Shown here piece by piece: positions 18,486-28,940 of a stretch of 47,169 nt of DNA (positions are counted from its first letter, which is position 1; each line of letters opens with the position of its first letter). The notes beneath the pieces are model-generated. The model was not told the DNA's origin. It made no database searches and was given only the letters and a program-made list of their open reading frames with translations. A program made the position numbers and the translations under genes. Source of the DNA: a virus (lineage: Duplodnaviria > Caudoviricetes); IMG/VR virus record IMGVR_UViG_3300032212_000024, positions 1-47,169 of that record. One strand, 5' to 3'.

Positions 18486-19554
18486 TGGGAAAATATTGCC
18501 AATAAGCCTTTATTATAAAGATGCCACAGGCGGCATTCGAGTTTGGCAGATACGAGCTGAAAATTTTCAAATAATAATGGAGCATGGAGTGTTGGGTGGC
18601 TCAGTTCAATCAAAGTTTGAATCAGTTCCATATGGGATTGGTGGAAGAACTCGCCAAGAACAGCTTTGTTCAAGATTTAATTCAAGAATAAAATCAAAAA
18701 TTGATAAAGGATACACTCATAATATTGATGATGCAAAGGCACACAAGCCAACTAATCAACTGGGCTTGCTAAAGCCTATGCTCGCTGCTAGATTTGATAA
18801 GTGTAAAAATATTGATTACAAAGGATCACTACTTCAATATAAATATGATGGCCATCGCTGTGTTGTTACAAAGCAAAATGGAGATGTTATTGCATATTCA
18901 AGGAATGGAAATTTGATCAACAGCATTGATCACATTCTTGATGGCATTGAAATTGAAGAGGGCCAATTTCTTGATGGTGAGCTATACATCCATGGAATGA
19001 AATTGCAAAAAATATCCAGCTTGATAAAAAGACCACAAGAAGATAGCAAGCTATTAAAATATTTTGTTTATGATTTAATTTCAAGTGACACTTTCCATCA
19101 TAGATTTTTGGATTTAAATGAAATTAAATTAGGTAAATATGTTGAAATTGCAAAAACTTGGCCAGTGATGAATCCATCAGACATCCCAAGCTTGCTTGAT
19201 TGTGCAATTGCTGATGGATATGAAGGATTGATTTTAAGGCTTGATGGTGCTGGATATAAAGATGGCAAAAGATCAAAAGAAGTCATAAAAATTAAGAAAT
19301 TTTTTGATGATGAATACATTGTAATTGGTGTTTTGGAATCAGTTGATGGCTGGGGTCGCCTAAAGTGTTTAATGAAAAGTGGCAAAGTATTTTATACATC
19401 TGCCCCAGGAAATATGGAACAAAAAATTCATGTTGCCAGGAATCCATGTGACTACATTGGCAAAATGGTTTCTGTTAAATATGCAGGTTTTACTTCTGAT
19501 GGAAAGCCATTCCACCCTATTGCTACAGACTGGCGAAATAAGGCACAAGAATAG
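18478..19554 (+). CDS. ATP-dependent DNA ligase
   Basis: KYDGHR, LDGELY, YEGLILR and KIK motifs. Confidence 0.93.
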   Translation: MFDGKILPISLYYKDATGGIRVWQIRAENFQIIMEHGVLGGSVQSKFESVPYGIGGRTRQEQLCSRFNSRIKSKIDKGYTHNIDDAKAHKPTNQLGLLKPMLAARFDKCKNIDYKGSLLQYKYDGHRCVVTKQNGDVIAYSRNGNLINSIDHILDGIEIEEGQFLDGELYIHGMKLQKISSLIKRPQEDSKLLKYFVYDLISSDTFHHRFLDLNEIKLGKYVEIAKTWPVMNPSDIPSLLDCAIADGYEGLILRLDGAGYKDGKRSKEVIKIKKFFDDEYIVIGVLESVDGWGRLKCLMKSGKVFYTSAPGNMEQKIHVARNPCDYIGKMVSVKYAGFTSDGKPFHPIATDWRNKAQE

Positions 19555-19662
19555 CCCTATTTCTAATCCCTAGCTTAGCCTTAAGGACTTCGTTAAAAAG
19601 TAATAGTAAGGCTAGGCTAAAAAGATAGCCTTATAGTAAGCTTAAGAATACTTGGAGATAGT

Positions 19663-19848
19663 ATGAAAAGTAAATGGAGAATTATAAATAGTAATGTTGA
19701 TGGAAAAGATTTTCACTACACTTTGTCAAATGGCGAAAATAAAATAGTTGGTTATGCAAAAATTAGTGAAGAAAGAGGCATAAAAGAAATAAAAGAAGGG
19801 CTTGAAGAGTTCATGAAAAGAAATAATAAAATCAGCAAATATTCTTAA
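19663..19848 (+). CDS. Hypothetical protein
   Basis: GGAG RBS; 61 aa. Confidence 0.55.
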   Translation: MKSKWRIINSNVDGKDFHYTLSNGENKIVGYAKISEERGIKEIKEGLEEFMKRNNKISKYS

Positions 19849-19868
19849 TCCTATCTTTTATAATCCTC

Positions 19869-19914
19869 TATAGCTCCCCTACCTATCTAAAAAGATTAGC
19901 ATAGGGGAGCTATA
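19869..19914. terminator. Hairpin between convergent transcription units
   Basis: 13-bp arms TATAGCTCCCCTA / TAGGGGAGCTATA. Confidence 0.6.
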
Positions 19915-19926
19915 TTAAAGGCCAAA

Positions 19927-20283
19927 TTATCCAATCCACCTCGCTGGCCTTCCACTTCTGCTATCAACATGAACCCCCCATTGATATAGCCCAAAGCCAA
20001 ACTTGTTTGGGTATTTTTCACAAAGCTTTTCATAAACTTTAACAGGATTATTGCACTCAAGATCAGCAGCAATACCTAATGGGTGTTTGGAAAATTCTGC
20101 ACCACCAACATCTCGATTATGTTTTTTGCAACGACAGCCACTTGATGGAGATTTTGGATCATTGCCATCAAACTCTCTAACATCTTCACAAAGTTGGGCT
20201 AGCTCTATATCAACAGTGTCAAATTCACAACCGCATTTACAAGCAAATTCATGTCTGCTAAAATTCTTTGATATATCACCCAT
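19927..20283 (-). CDS. Endolysin, peptidase M15A family
   Basis: NFSRHEFACKCGC, SGCRC..HN..VGG..SKH..GIAAD and HVDSR. Confidence 0.9.
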   Translation of the reverse strand: MGDISKNFSRHEFACKCGCEFDTVDIELAQLCEDVREFDGNDPKSPSSGCRCKKHNRDVGGAEFSKHPLGIAADLECNNPVKVYEKLCEKYPNKFGFGLYQWGVHVDSRSGRPARWIG

Positions 20284-20732
20284 CAACCTTTTCTCATTTC
20301 GGTTATTAATATATCTAATTTTTTCGAAACATCATCTTGAACAGACTCAGTTTCGAAATTAATAAAAACAAACGCGATAGAGCCAGCAACAATAGTAGCA
20401 GTTGAAACAGCAACCAACGCTTCTTTCTGTGTGATAAAAGACTTATTAACTTCACCCATCTCTTCACGGACAGCTTCCTTAAGGCTCGATATATCCTTTA
20501 ATCCATTTATTACTATTGTTGATATACGATTTTCAAGTTGGCCAAGTGCAGCATAAAAACTTTTAAATGCAGTCTCTTCTTTTTCCATATGTGTCTCAAA
20601 CCTCCCCACTATATTGCCGTGATTCTCTTTGATTCTATGGAGTTCATTTTCCATAAGATCAACTCTCTGCGCAACCTTAGTTATTTTTTCATCACAATTT
20701 TCACAACGTCTTTCTTCCAGGTTACTGTCCAT
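20283..20732 (-). CDS. Coiled-coil membrane protein (holin-like candidate)
   Basis: Single C-terminal hydrophobic helix; directly upstream of the endolysin. Confidence 0.5.
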   Translation of the reverse strand: MDSNLEERRCENCDEKITKVAQRVDLMENELHRIKENHGNIVGRFETHMEKEETAFKSFYAALGQLENRISTIVINGLKDISSLKEAVREEMGEVNKSFITQKEALVAVSTATIVAGSIAFVFINFETESVQDDVSKKLDILITEMRKG

Positions 20733-21085
20733 TACCAATTGCCCCTTGTCCATCCACCTGAACGTACAGCAGCATAATATAGATTAGCCTTCCATTTACT
20801 CATTCCCCTGTCAATCAACATGTGGCGCAACTCTTGGTCACATCTTTTGCGAGTTTCCCATTTATTCGAATACATGTGGTCATGGAATACAGCAGGCTTA
20901 CGGCTCTTGCCCATGCGATTGAAAACACCTCGGACCACCCTTGGGATGCTGGCTAAATTGGTTTCAAACCCCTCTTCAACTTCATATTGAAAACCCCCAC
21001 GAATATACAACGTGACATTAAATGTTTTGAAATAATCATCTTTATCTAACGATATTAAAATTAAATCTGTAAATGTGCCTTTCAT
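20732..21085 (-). CDS. DUF1353-family protein
   Basis: GFETNLASIPR...AVFHDHMY...YYAAVRSGG. Confidence 0.85.
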   Translation of the reverse strand: MKGTFTDLILISLDKDDYFKTFNVTLYIRGGFQYEVEEGFETNLASIPRVVRGVFNRMGKSRKPAVFHDHMYSNKWETRKRCDQELRHMLIDRGMSKWKANLYYAAVRSGGWTRGNW

Positions 21086-21516
21086 TATATTGATCCTGCA
21101 AGAATGAATAAATCATCCATCTGTGAATCTGTGAGATTCAAAGAATCCTGTACTAATGTTGTTGCTTCTGAACCTCTGGTGAAATAAGAGCATTCATCAA
21201 AAATTACTTTATTTTCATCATTAGGGTTGTTGCCTTGAAAACTGGACTTTACAACACCTAATCTATTACTCCTTGCAAGGGCGCGTAGAAACTGCAAACG
21301 TGTAACGCTATTGGGAGCTATAATTGGTGGCGGCACAGGGGATGGGTACTCAGTTAGTATTTCCCATGATCCATAATTCCACTTTGCAAACTCACCTTGT
21401 TGAAGAGTTGGCGGTTGAACCCTAACCTCATTAGGGCTTCGTCCGTTTTTAGAGCCAGTGTTTCTAATCTCACCTGTCCAAACTTTGTTTTTGTCAATTT
21501 TATATATTTGCGCCAT
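21085..21516 (-). CDS. Putative tail fibre assembly protein
   Basis: Follows the fibre gene; PNSVTRLQF...MDDLF pattern. Confidence 0.55.
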   Translation of the reverse strand: MAQIYKIDKNKVWTGEIRNTGSKNGRSPNEVRVQPPTLQQGEFAKWNYGSWEILTEYPSPVPPPIIAPNSVTRLQFLRALARSNRLGVVKSSFQGNNPNDENKVIFDECSYFTRGSEATTLVQDSLNLTDSQMDDLFILAGSI

Positions 21517-21521
21517 TTCAG

Positions 21522-23066
21522 CTACTCCTTGACCATGTATTTCATACCGTGAACAGGTGACTCCAATAGTGGAACTTGGAACTCAACGCCGTCATTCCTT
21601 TTCAGTGCATAAAGAAATGGTGATATGTTTTGAGTTGAATAGATGTAGTCAGAGTCAAAAGCCATGCCATATGGGCCATACCCTTGATCAGGCAATGTAC
21701 TTAATAAAGAAAAATCTGATTTTCTAAACACACCCAAATATGACGACCCTATTGCATTTGATGATGATCTAGCATAAATAAAATTGTCATCACCATATAT
21801 GTGAGTCAAAGTCGTATCTTCAATCATCCTGAATTTTTCTGACTCAAAAAAGAATTCAGTGCCTTTATCAAATATTGTTATGCCTTTTGGCGTATTATTC
21901 TGAGAGATATAAACAAATCTACCATCATTGAATATTGAATTTACATTAGAAGCAGGTGCTTCTACAGGCACTTCAACTGCCCAAGTAGACTTTAATATTT
22001 TTCTAAAATATGGGGCTGCTGAATCACCTAAGTAAACATAAGTTTCATCATTAGTAACACAAGTTCCAGTCCCAGTACCAGTTGTTATGTTTGCATCAAT
22101 TAGCAATGTAGTCTTATTTATTGCTTGCATCTCATAAGTTGTACCATTCATTGGTATAAATACATGGGTTGCGTCCTGATCGCACTTCGCTCCTGACGAA
22201 GTAATGCCATCAAGTGTGGGGGTGCTTCCTACTAGCCCCCAGCTCCCAACATTGTAAACTTTCAAATATGGTGATGATGTTGTTAATACATATACATAGT
22301 TAGAGTCAACAATTACAGCATTAATGTTTGCACCCACAGCAATAGTTGTTACTGATGTGAATGTTCCTTTATTCACAATCTCTAAGTTTGTGCCAATGCT
22401 ATAATAAACATAAGTGTCATCAGCATAAACAGATGTTACTGTGCTTACTGTTTCAATAGATGTTTGTGTCTCAAATAAATCACCCCATGTTGGATGGGCT
22501 GTTGCTATGCCTGGGTAAGTTGCAATAGGATAAATAGTATTATCAGCATCCACCCAACCAACGGGATTTGAATCAATACTGAATAACCCAATGTCACCTG
22601 AGACAGCAGCGCCTATTGACGGTATCCAATCATTGGCCACTCCCGGCTCGCTAGAAGTTACATCTGCCAAATTAGATACTAATTGCCAATAAGTATTATT
22701 ATGAGACACTGAATATGGGATATTTGCTGCACCTGTTTGGCTTGACCACGCACCTTTAAAATTCAAATTACTTTCAACAGCATCAGCAATTGCTTGAGCA
22801 TTTGAAACTTCTGTCTGACAATTAACTACTTCAGCCTGTGCATTTACAACTTCAGCAGCAGCAGCAACAACAGAGGCAGCAGATGAAACTTTATCTGCAT
22901 CTACAGCAGCAGCAACTCCATCAATATAAACTCCAGTTGTATTTATCTCAGTTACAAAAGTAGAAAGTGCAGCAACATGAGCATCAGCCTTTGTGCTAAA
23001 TTCAGCTGCAGTGTCTGTAGTCCGTGAAGGTGCGGCTGGTAGCGCAGTGATTGGAGTATGTGCCAT
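21522..23066 (-). CDS. Tail fibre / receptor-binding protein
   Basis: N-terminal anchor and coiled coil, NFKGAWS motif, and repeated D..YVY propeller-like blades. Confidence 0.75.
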   Translation of the reverse strand: MAHTPITALPAAPSRTTDTAAEFSTKADAHVAALSTFVTEINTTGVYIDGVAAAVDADKVSSAASVVAAAAEVVNAQAEVVNCQTEVSNAQAIADAVESNLNFKGAWSSQTGAANIPYSVSHNNTYWQLVSNLADVTSSEPGVANDWIPSIGAAVSGDIGLFSIDSNPVGWVDADNTIYPIATYPGIATAHPTWGDLFETQTSIETVSTVTSVYADDTYVYYSIGTNLEIVNKGTFTSVTTIAVGANINAVIVDSNYVYVLTTSSPYLKVYNVGSWGLVGSTPTLDGITSSGAKCDQDATHVFIPMNGTTYEMQAINKTTLLIDANITTGTGTGTCVTNDETYVYLGDSAAPYFRKILKSTWAVEVPVEAPASNVNSIFNDGRFVYISQNNTPKGITIFDKGTEFFFESEKFRMIEDTTLTHIYGDDNFIYARSSSNAIGSSYLGVFRKSDFSLLSTLPDQGYGPYGMAFDSDYIYSTQNISPFLYALKRNDGVEFQVPLLESPVHGMKYMVKE

Positions 23067-24355
23067 TATATTAAACCCTCTATTTCAATTGATGCATCAG
23101 ATACATCTTCACCAGCTATGATGATATCAAAGCTTTTGTAGTATCCATAAATGATTGTTGTCTTGTATGTTTCTTCTGCTATCCATACTGCTGGAGTAGT
23201 TCTGAGTGCAGTTAAGATTTTCTTGATGTAGTAATTGTCTTGCGTTGATATTATGAAATCAACTGACATTATATCAGCAAATCTTCTTTGTGTAATTATG
23301 AAATTCCCAAAGGCATCAACCTCTTTTCTGCTATAGTCTTTTATCCCTACGCTGACACCTTCAATTGAAATTCCAAGGTCAGAAATTGATCCAATTACAA
23401 GCTCACCTATAGTTGCGTTTGTACTTCCCTTTCTAGCATTCACCCTAACTACATCACCAATAGAAGAAAGTGGCATATCAGTAATTGCCAATGTATCACT
23501 TCTTTCAATATCTTCAAAATACCAATTATACCAATCTGGAGCAGATAGATCATCACCTACAAAATGAGTTTCATTATATGTAAGTTGTCTAACTGATATA
23601 TTTTCTATTGAGCCAGTAAATGAAACACCAGTGAAAAATAATTGATTGCTTGTAACAAGAGACCGATCAACAACAACTTCATAACTTCCTGTTGAAGCAA
23701 CTGTTAATTGATCAACATAAGTTCCATCATAAAGCTGAACCTTTATAGAGCCACTAGAAACAGTAGCATCAAAAGTTACTATATAATCAGGCTGAACAGA
23801 ATCATCAACTAAAATTCCAACAGTTTCATTTGCAGACCCACTAGATGCAGAAAAATCAATCTTATCATTAACAGCATCAAAAGTAATCCCAGAGCCAATT
23901 GTCCAGTCAACTAAGAAGGCAGCTTGATCTACATATGAAGTCAAATCAGATGCTAATTCAGATGAAGTTATTACCCTTACATCTACATATGAAGCATCCA
24001 ACCCAAAAGCTGCCAAGGCACGAAAACGATTTGCTGGAGTCACATCAACACTTATTCCAGTTTCTGTGTGTTCTGGAATAGCTGCATTACCAATTGTTGG
24101 GCTTCCAATTATAGCATCAAACATCCTCCACGGACGAGTTGCACCACGGTCTAGCCACTTTATTGGATCACTATCTGGCGACACACCAATAATTCCATTT
24201 TCTAATGCTTCATACCACTTATTTGAAGCAGCAAGCATAGCAGTATCACCAGTGTCATAAGTTGTTGAAGGATTATATTCAGTAGCATCATCCTCAGAAA
24301 TATTAGTTCTTGTGAGAGCAGAATCATCAATTGTTGATGGCGTTATAACTTTCAT
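23066..24355 (-). CDS. Distal tail / baseplate protein with an inserted carbohydrate-binding-like domain
   Basis: Position directly after the tape measure gene; central beta-rich segment ending GSIENISVRQ. Confidence 0.65.
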   Translation of the reverse strand: MKVITPSTIDDSALTRTNISEDDATEYNPSTTYDTGDTAMLAASNKWYEALENGIIGVSPDSDPIKWLDRGATRPWRMFDAIIGSPTIGNAAIPEHTETGISVDVTPANRFRALAAFGLDASYVDVRVITSSELASDLTSYVDQAAFLVDWTIGSGITFDAVNDKIDFSASSGSANETVGILVDDSVQPDYIVTFDATVSSGSIKVQLYDGTYVDQLTVASTGSYEVVVDRSLVTSNQLFFTGVSFTGSIENISVRQLTYNETHFVGDDLSAPDWYNWYFEDIERSDTLAITDMPLSSIGDVVRVNARKGSTNATIGELVIGSISDLGISIEGVSVGIKDYSRKEVDAFGNFIITQRRFADIMSVDFIISTQDNYYIKKILTALRTTPAVWIAEETYKTTIIYGYYKSFDIIIAGEDVSDASIEIEGLI

Positions 24356-27300
24356 TAAAAGCCCCTATCAGAAGGCATGCCATCACCATCAAATTGATCT
24401 AACACTTTAGCAGTTTTCAAAGTGTTTTTAGCAATAGCGCGGTTGCCATTATTTACATCAGTTCGCAACCCTCTAATCTCATCAACAAGACCACTGCTAA
24501 TTCCATTAGGGCCAAGTGTTTCAGCAGTTTCTTTCCTTCTGCGGGCAGATGCTTCATTCAAATATACATTTGTCATTTGGTGAATGGCTTCTTCTACAGA
24601 AAGAACCCTTACATCAATCCCCCTAAGAATCCCAACATGCTCCTCAGCATACAGAACTATACCATCAAGCCTAGCAATCTCACTTTCATAAAATTCAGTA
24701 GCAACTTTAACTTCATCATCATGACGTTTTTCAGCCTCTAAAATTGCCTCATTTGCAAGCTCCTTTGAAATCTCAATTTCTCTTGCAGATTGTGCTCTTA
24801 TTACAGAAGTTTGATTTGACATCCTTTCAATTGTTTGTTCAGCAACAGATTTTTGACCAAGGCCACTTTCCTCAATTCTTAAAAGAAGATTTTTAGTCAA
24901 GCCAACCTGTCTAGCATATTCACTTGAAGAGCCAAATTGACTTTCACTAATCCCAGATGCAACATCAGCAGCAGCTCCAACCCCAGATAAATTACCAGAT
25001 GAAATTGCCCTAGAAAGAAATTCAATTGCCTTTTTCTGTTGATCAAGCTGGCTCCCACCAGCTCCACTCAACTTCTTAATAGCAGATTGAATTCCGCTTA
25101 TTTCTTTTGATATATCACTTAGCCCTGCTCTTGCAGCATTAGTAACCATTTGATTTGCTTTTAATCTGGCACTTTCTTGTTGTTTTATAGCTTTAATGTT
25201 TTCATCAGATGCAAATTTAATTGCATTTATTTCATTATTAAGTGATGAGCTTTTAAGACTTACAAGATCATTATAAGCAGAAGTCATTTCACTTTTTTCA
25301 ATTCTTACTGAATCCCTCAATTTATTCAATGCAGTATCAGAAACTTGAACAGATTCTGAAATTGCTTGATCAAGAATATTTATCAAATCTGTGAAGGCTT
25401 GGCCAGTATCCTCTATCACAGATGGCACATCTTCAGCTGTCCTGGAAAATGAGTCGCCTACATCACCAATAACACTAGATGCTTCTTCTGCTATTCTTGC
25501 TGCTTCTTCAAGATTACTATAATATTTATCAGCAACATCTTGAACCCTCAATAAAGTTGCTATAGCAGCAGCCCCAGATTCAGTAGAGGCATCTTGAGCT
25601 TGCATCAACTCCCAAAATCCATCTCTTGCATTAGGAATTGAAAGCCCAACTTGTGATAGTGACTTTTCAAATTCATCAGCATTGCTTTTAATTTTATATT
25701 CTTCACTAGCAAATTTATCAACGAAGCCACTAATGCTGCTAGCAAATTTTTCAATTCCACCAGCAAGCTCAATTAAATTTTCAGCTGCCTTTGCAGTTTC
25801 AGTAACTCCGATTGAGCTAACAGTAAAACCTAGTTTTTCTGTTGCATTTTCCATGACTTGAAGGTCAGTCGCAACCCTTGCTAGTGTTTCACCAGTTCCT
25901 TCACCAGCCCTTTGTAAATCAACTAGCGATGGGATAACAGCTATTGCCAAATCATCAAATATTTTTCCAAACACTGCTTCTAATTCAGCTTTTTGATCTT
26001 CTGTACCAAGGCCATCAAGGCTTATTTTAGTTGTGTTGATAAAGAATTCATCAAGAGCCTTTTGGATATCAACCCCACTAACACCAATGGAAGCTGCGCC
26101 TTCACTGACCGAATCAACTATGCCAGAAAATATTAACCCAAATTGACGAGTTACATCATCACCCATCCCTTGGAACTTTTCTTCAATATCATAGTCATCA
26201 AAAATATTCTTTTTAACTTTAAAAGTTGCATAGGCATCTACAATTCCGCTTTCAACCAAGTCTTGGATATTCCCACCCATAACCCTTATGCCTTCATCAA
26301 TTTTCCTTGATTTTCCACCAATGAGACTTGATATTTCATCACCAAGGCCCAAGAAAATAACATCAAGTATTTCATCTCCCATTCCAAGAGTTGCTACGTC
26401 AAAAAGCTTTCTGCCTGTTCCATCAAATATATTGTCTCCAGTTTCTGGGGATGCTATATTTGTGTTTCCAGCAGCTCTTGCTGTTAATGTTACAACTCCT
26501 GATATACTAGACCTTAGTCCCTTAAGCTCATCAAGCATACCACGATTTATACTAACAATTTTTTCACTAGCTTCTGACGTCGTCTCAACAGCCCTTAATA
26601 TCGATTCACTTTTTGAAGCAGCATCACCCAAAACACTTCCAGTCCCTTGGGAAGCTTGGCGCTGTTCAGAAGAATTTGAACCATCGCTGCCACCAGTGAA
26701 ACCACCTATTGAAACACCAAGCCCTGCTACTGCAGAAGCCATAGCAGCCATTCTTGCAAAAGCGGTGTATGGGTCACCAGCTCCTTGATTCAAAACAGCA
26801 TTAGTTGCCAAAGCTACATTAGCAACGTCAGTTGCAACTTTCATTAGCTTCAAGCCTTTTGATCCTTCACTAAAAACGCTTTGCAAAGAGCTAAATCCAG
26901 CAACTACCATAGACAAACTATTGCTAGCTGTATCTCCAATTTCCTCAAATTCTTTCTTTGCTGGGCTTAATCCATTTTGTAATAGATCAACAAGGGCCGC
27001 TTTCATTTCATTAGCTTGTTTAGTGCCCATATCACCACTGGAAATTGCCTTATCAATAAGCTCCCAATTGTGTGCATACTCCCTAGTCAAAACACCAGCA
27101 GGATCAAGCACATCAATTAATTTACCTATTTCATCAACTGATTCTTTTCTTGCTAAAATTTCCTCTCTTATCAAAGCAAGTTTTTGTTTAGCTAATTTTG
27201 CAGCATTTACATCTGCCTTTCTTTTCTTTTCAATTGCTTCTGCTTCTTTTGTGATAGCATCTTTGTTTTCTTTGTGCGCATCCTCTTCCTTCCAAATTGC

Positions 27301-28527
27301 CTTTATAGTTTCATCAACAGACTTTCTTTGTGCTTTCCTTGCCTCCATTATTGCATTCATGCCACTAAAGTCTAAATGCAAAGCCCTTTCAGCAGCAGCA
27401 ACTACAGCACCAAGTAAATCACCAAGATCAGTAAATTCAATAATTGCAACTTTTATTGGCTTGCTCAACCAAGTTATTAATTGAACAATAGATCTCAAAG
27501 CTGGATCAAATTTCTCACCCATAGTCAGGGCAACAGATTCATATGCAGAGTCAAGCTTTTTTATATCACCATCAAGATTATTGACTCTTACACTAGCTTG
27601 CTCATAAGCAGTATCAGTTCCAGTTAATTTTTCAGTAAGCTCATCAATAGTTCCTGCCTGAAGTATCAAAGCACTTGCAGCAGTAATTGACTCAAGGCCA
27701 AACAACTTTGTTTTTTCCGTGGTGGATAGGTTGGCTCCAGCTAAGTTTTTGAGGGCAGTAGACAACCCAACAATCTCTGGATTAAATTCTGATCTGGTTT
27801 GAGTAGAAAGTTTCAAAAGAACCCCACGCAATCCAGTACCAGCTTCACTTCCCTTTATTGAAACAGAAGCCATTGCTTGAATAGCAGCATTAGTTTCTTC
27901 AAAGCTAAGTCCAACGCCAGATGCTACTGTCCCAGCAACTTTAAGGGCCATTGAAGTATCATTAATTTCTGAAGCTCCAAACTTAGCACCAGCCGCAAGA
28001 ATATTTATGTATCTTGAGGCTTGATCCGCATCTTCCGAGAATTGATTTAATGAGCTACCTAAAGCCTTGGCAGCTTCTGGCATACTTAATCCAGAAGCCT
28101 CTGCTAGTGTAACTGCTTCCCTTGTGACCGCCGCTAGGGCTTCTTTACTTTCTAAAAGGTCGGGCTTAGCCGAGGCTATAAGTTTAAAAGCCTCTGCAGC
28201 TTGTGAGGCACTGAGAGTTGTAGTCTCCCCTATCTGTTTAGCCTGTTGATTATAAAACTCTAAATCTTTTCCAACAGCACCAGTAATTGCAGAAAGCTCA
28301 CTCATCGCAGATGTATATTTACGATGTGCATCAATAGTTTTAACAAGTATGGCAAATGACGCACCAATAGCAGCTGCACCAATCGCCATTTGCTTGAATT
28401 GAGATGTTAATTTACCAGCACTTTTTTCAGCCTTTGATCCAGACGTAACCATTCCATCCAAATCACGATTTAGTGATTTGATCTGTCTGGAGTCTGCTTC
28501 AACTACTAGGCTTGCTACATCAGTCAT
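24355..28527 (-). CDS. Tail tape measure protein
   Basis: 1390 aa, Ala-rich and helical; TP901-type core (SASQAAEA, GSEAGTGLR). Confidence 0.93.
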   Translation of the reverse strand: MTDVASLVVEADSRQIKSLNRDLDGMVTSGSKAEKSAGKLTSQFKQMAIGAAAIGASFAILVKTIDAHRKYTSAMSELSAITGAVGKDLEFYNQQAKQIGETTTLSASQAAEAFKLIASAKPDLLESKEALAAVTREAVTLAEASGLSMPEAAKALGSSLNQFSEDADQASRYINILAAGAKFGASEINDTSMALKVAGTVASGVGLSFEETNAAIQAMASVSIKGSEAGTGLRGVLLKLSTQTRSEFNPEIVGLSTALKNLAGANLSTTEKTKLFGLESITAASALILQAGTIDELTEKLTGTDTAYEQASVRVNNLDGDIKKLDSAYESVALTMGEKFDPALRSIVQLITWLSKPIKVAIIEFTDLGDLLGAVVAAAERALHLDFSGMNAIMEARKAQRKSVDETIKAIWKEEDAHKENKDAITKEAEAIEKKRKADVNAAKLAKQKLALIREEILARKESVDEIGKLIDVLDPAGVLTREYAHNWELIDKAISSGDMGTKQANEMKAALVDLLQNGLSPAKKEFEEIGDTASNSLSMVVAGFSSLQSVFSEGSKGLKLMKVATDVANVALATNAVLNQGAGDPYTAFARMAAMASAVAGLGVSIGGFTGGSDGSNSSEQRQASQGTGSVLGDAASKSESILRAVETTSEASEKIVSINRGMLDELKGLRSSISGVVTLTARAAGNTNIASPETGDNIFDGTGRKLFDVATLGMGDEILDVIFLGLGDEISSLIGGKSRKIDEGIRVMGGNIQDLVESGIVDAYATFKVKKNIFDDYDIEEKFQGMGDDVTRQFGLIFSGIVDSVSEGAASIGVSGVDIQKALDEFFINTTKISLDGLGTEDQKAELEAVFGKIFDDLAIAVIPSLVDLQRAGEGTGETLARVATDLQVMENATEKLGFTVSSIGVTETAKAAENLIELAGGIEKFASSISGFVDKFASEEYKIKSNADEFEKSLSQVGLSIPNARDGFWELMQAQDASTESGAAAIATLLRVQDVADKYYSNLEEAARIAEEASSVIGDVGDSFSRTAEDVPSVIEDTGQAFTDLINILDQAISESVQVSDTALNKLRDSVRIEKSEMTSAYNDLVSLKSSSLNNEINAIKFASDENIKAIKQQESARLKANQMVTNAARAGLSDISKEISGIQSAIKKLSGAGGSQLDQQKKAIEFLSRAISSGNLSGVGAAADVASGISESQFGSSSEYARQVGLTKNLLLRIEESGLGQKSVAEQTIERMSNQTSVIRAQSAREIEISKELANEAILEAEKRHDDEVKVATEFYESEIARLDGIVLYAEEHVGILRGIDVRVLSVEEAIHQMTNVYLNEASARRRKETAETLGPNGISSGLVDEIRGLRTDVNNGNRAIAKNTLKTAKVLDQFDGDGMPSDRGF

Positions 28528-28940
28528 TTGTGCTTTCTCACTAAGGACTCAAATTGCTTGTTGACCAATTCCCTTTTTGAAGATAGCGTAATGTCTTCAT
28601 CCATAGGGCTTAGTCTATCTGGATCACTAGATAAATGATACTCATTAACATATTTTTCCGTTAGCAATCTCATTGACTCTGCTATCCAAATTCCGTGGTA
28701 GTGGGTGACCTCCATCCATGACTTAATTTCACTCCATGGAGTTGGTATTATTCCCATTCCATTTGATTGATATAATCCACAATCTCTTGCTAAATCAACC
28801 AACCAAATACAATCTACTTCAGGCTCCAAATTCGTAAATGCTGAATCTTTTAATTTTTCTGCTCTATTAACCTTTTCCTTTTTAGGGGTTGCAGATAACC
28901 AAGCAAGGTGCCCAACATATTGAAGGGCACCATCCAGCAT
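28524..28940 (-). CDS. Tail assembly chaperone, frameshift-extended part (gpT-like)
   Basis: In the -1 frame relative to the upstream chaperone; lies immediately before the tape measure gene. Confidence 0.75.
   Translation of the reverse strand: MLDGALQYVGHLAWLSATPKKEKVNRAEKLKDSAFTNLEPEVDCIWLVDLARDCGLYQSNGMGIIPTPWSEIKSWMEVTHYHGIWIAESMRLLTEKYVNEYHLSSDPDRLSPMDEDITLSSKRELVNKQFESLVRKHK

Noticed and set aside
26288-27484. Long + strand ORFs opposite the tape measure gene (similar ones oppose the capsid and DnaE genes)
   Set aside because: Antisense shadow frames without RBS or recognisable motifs.
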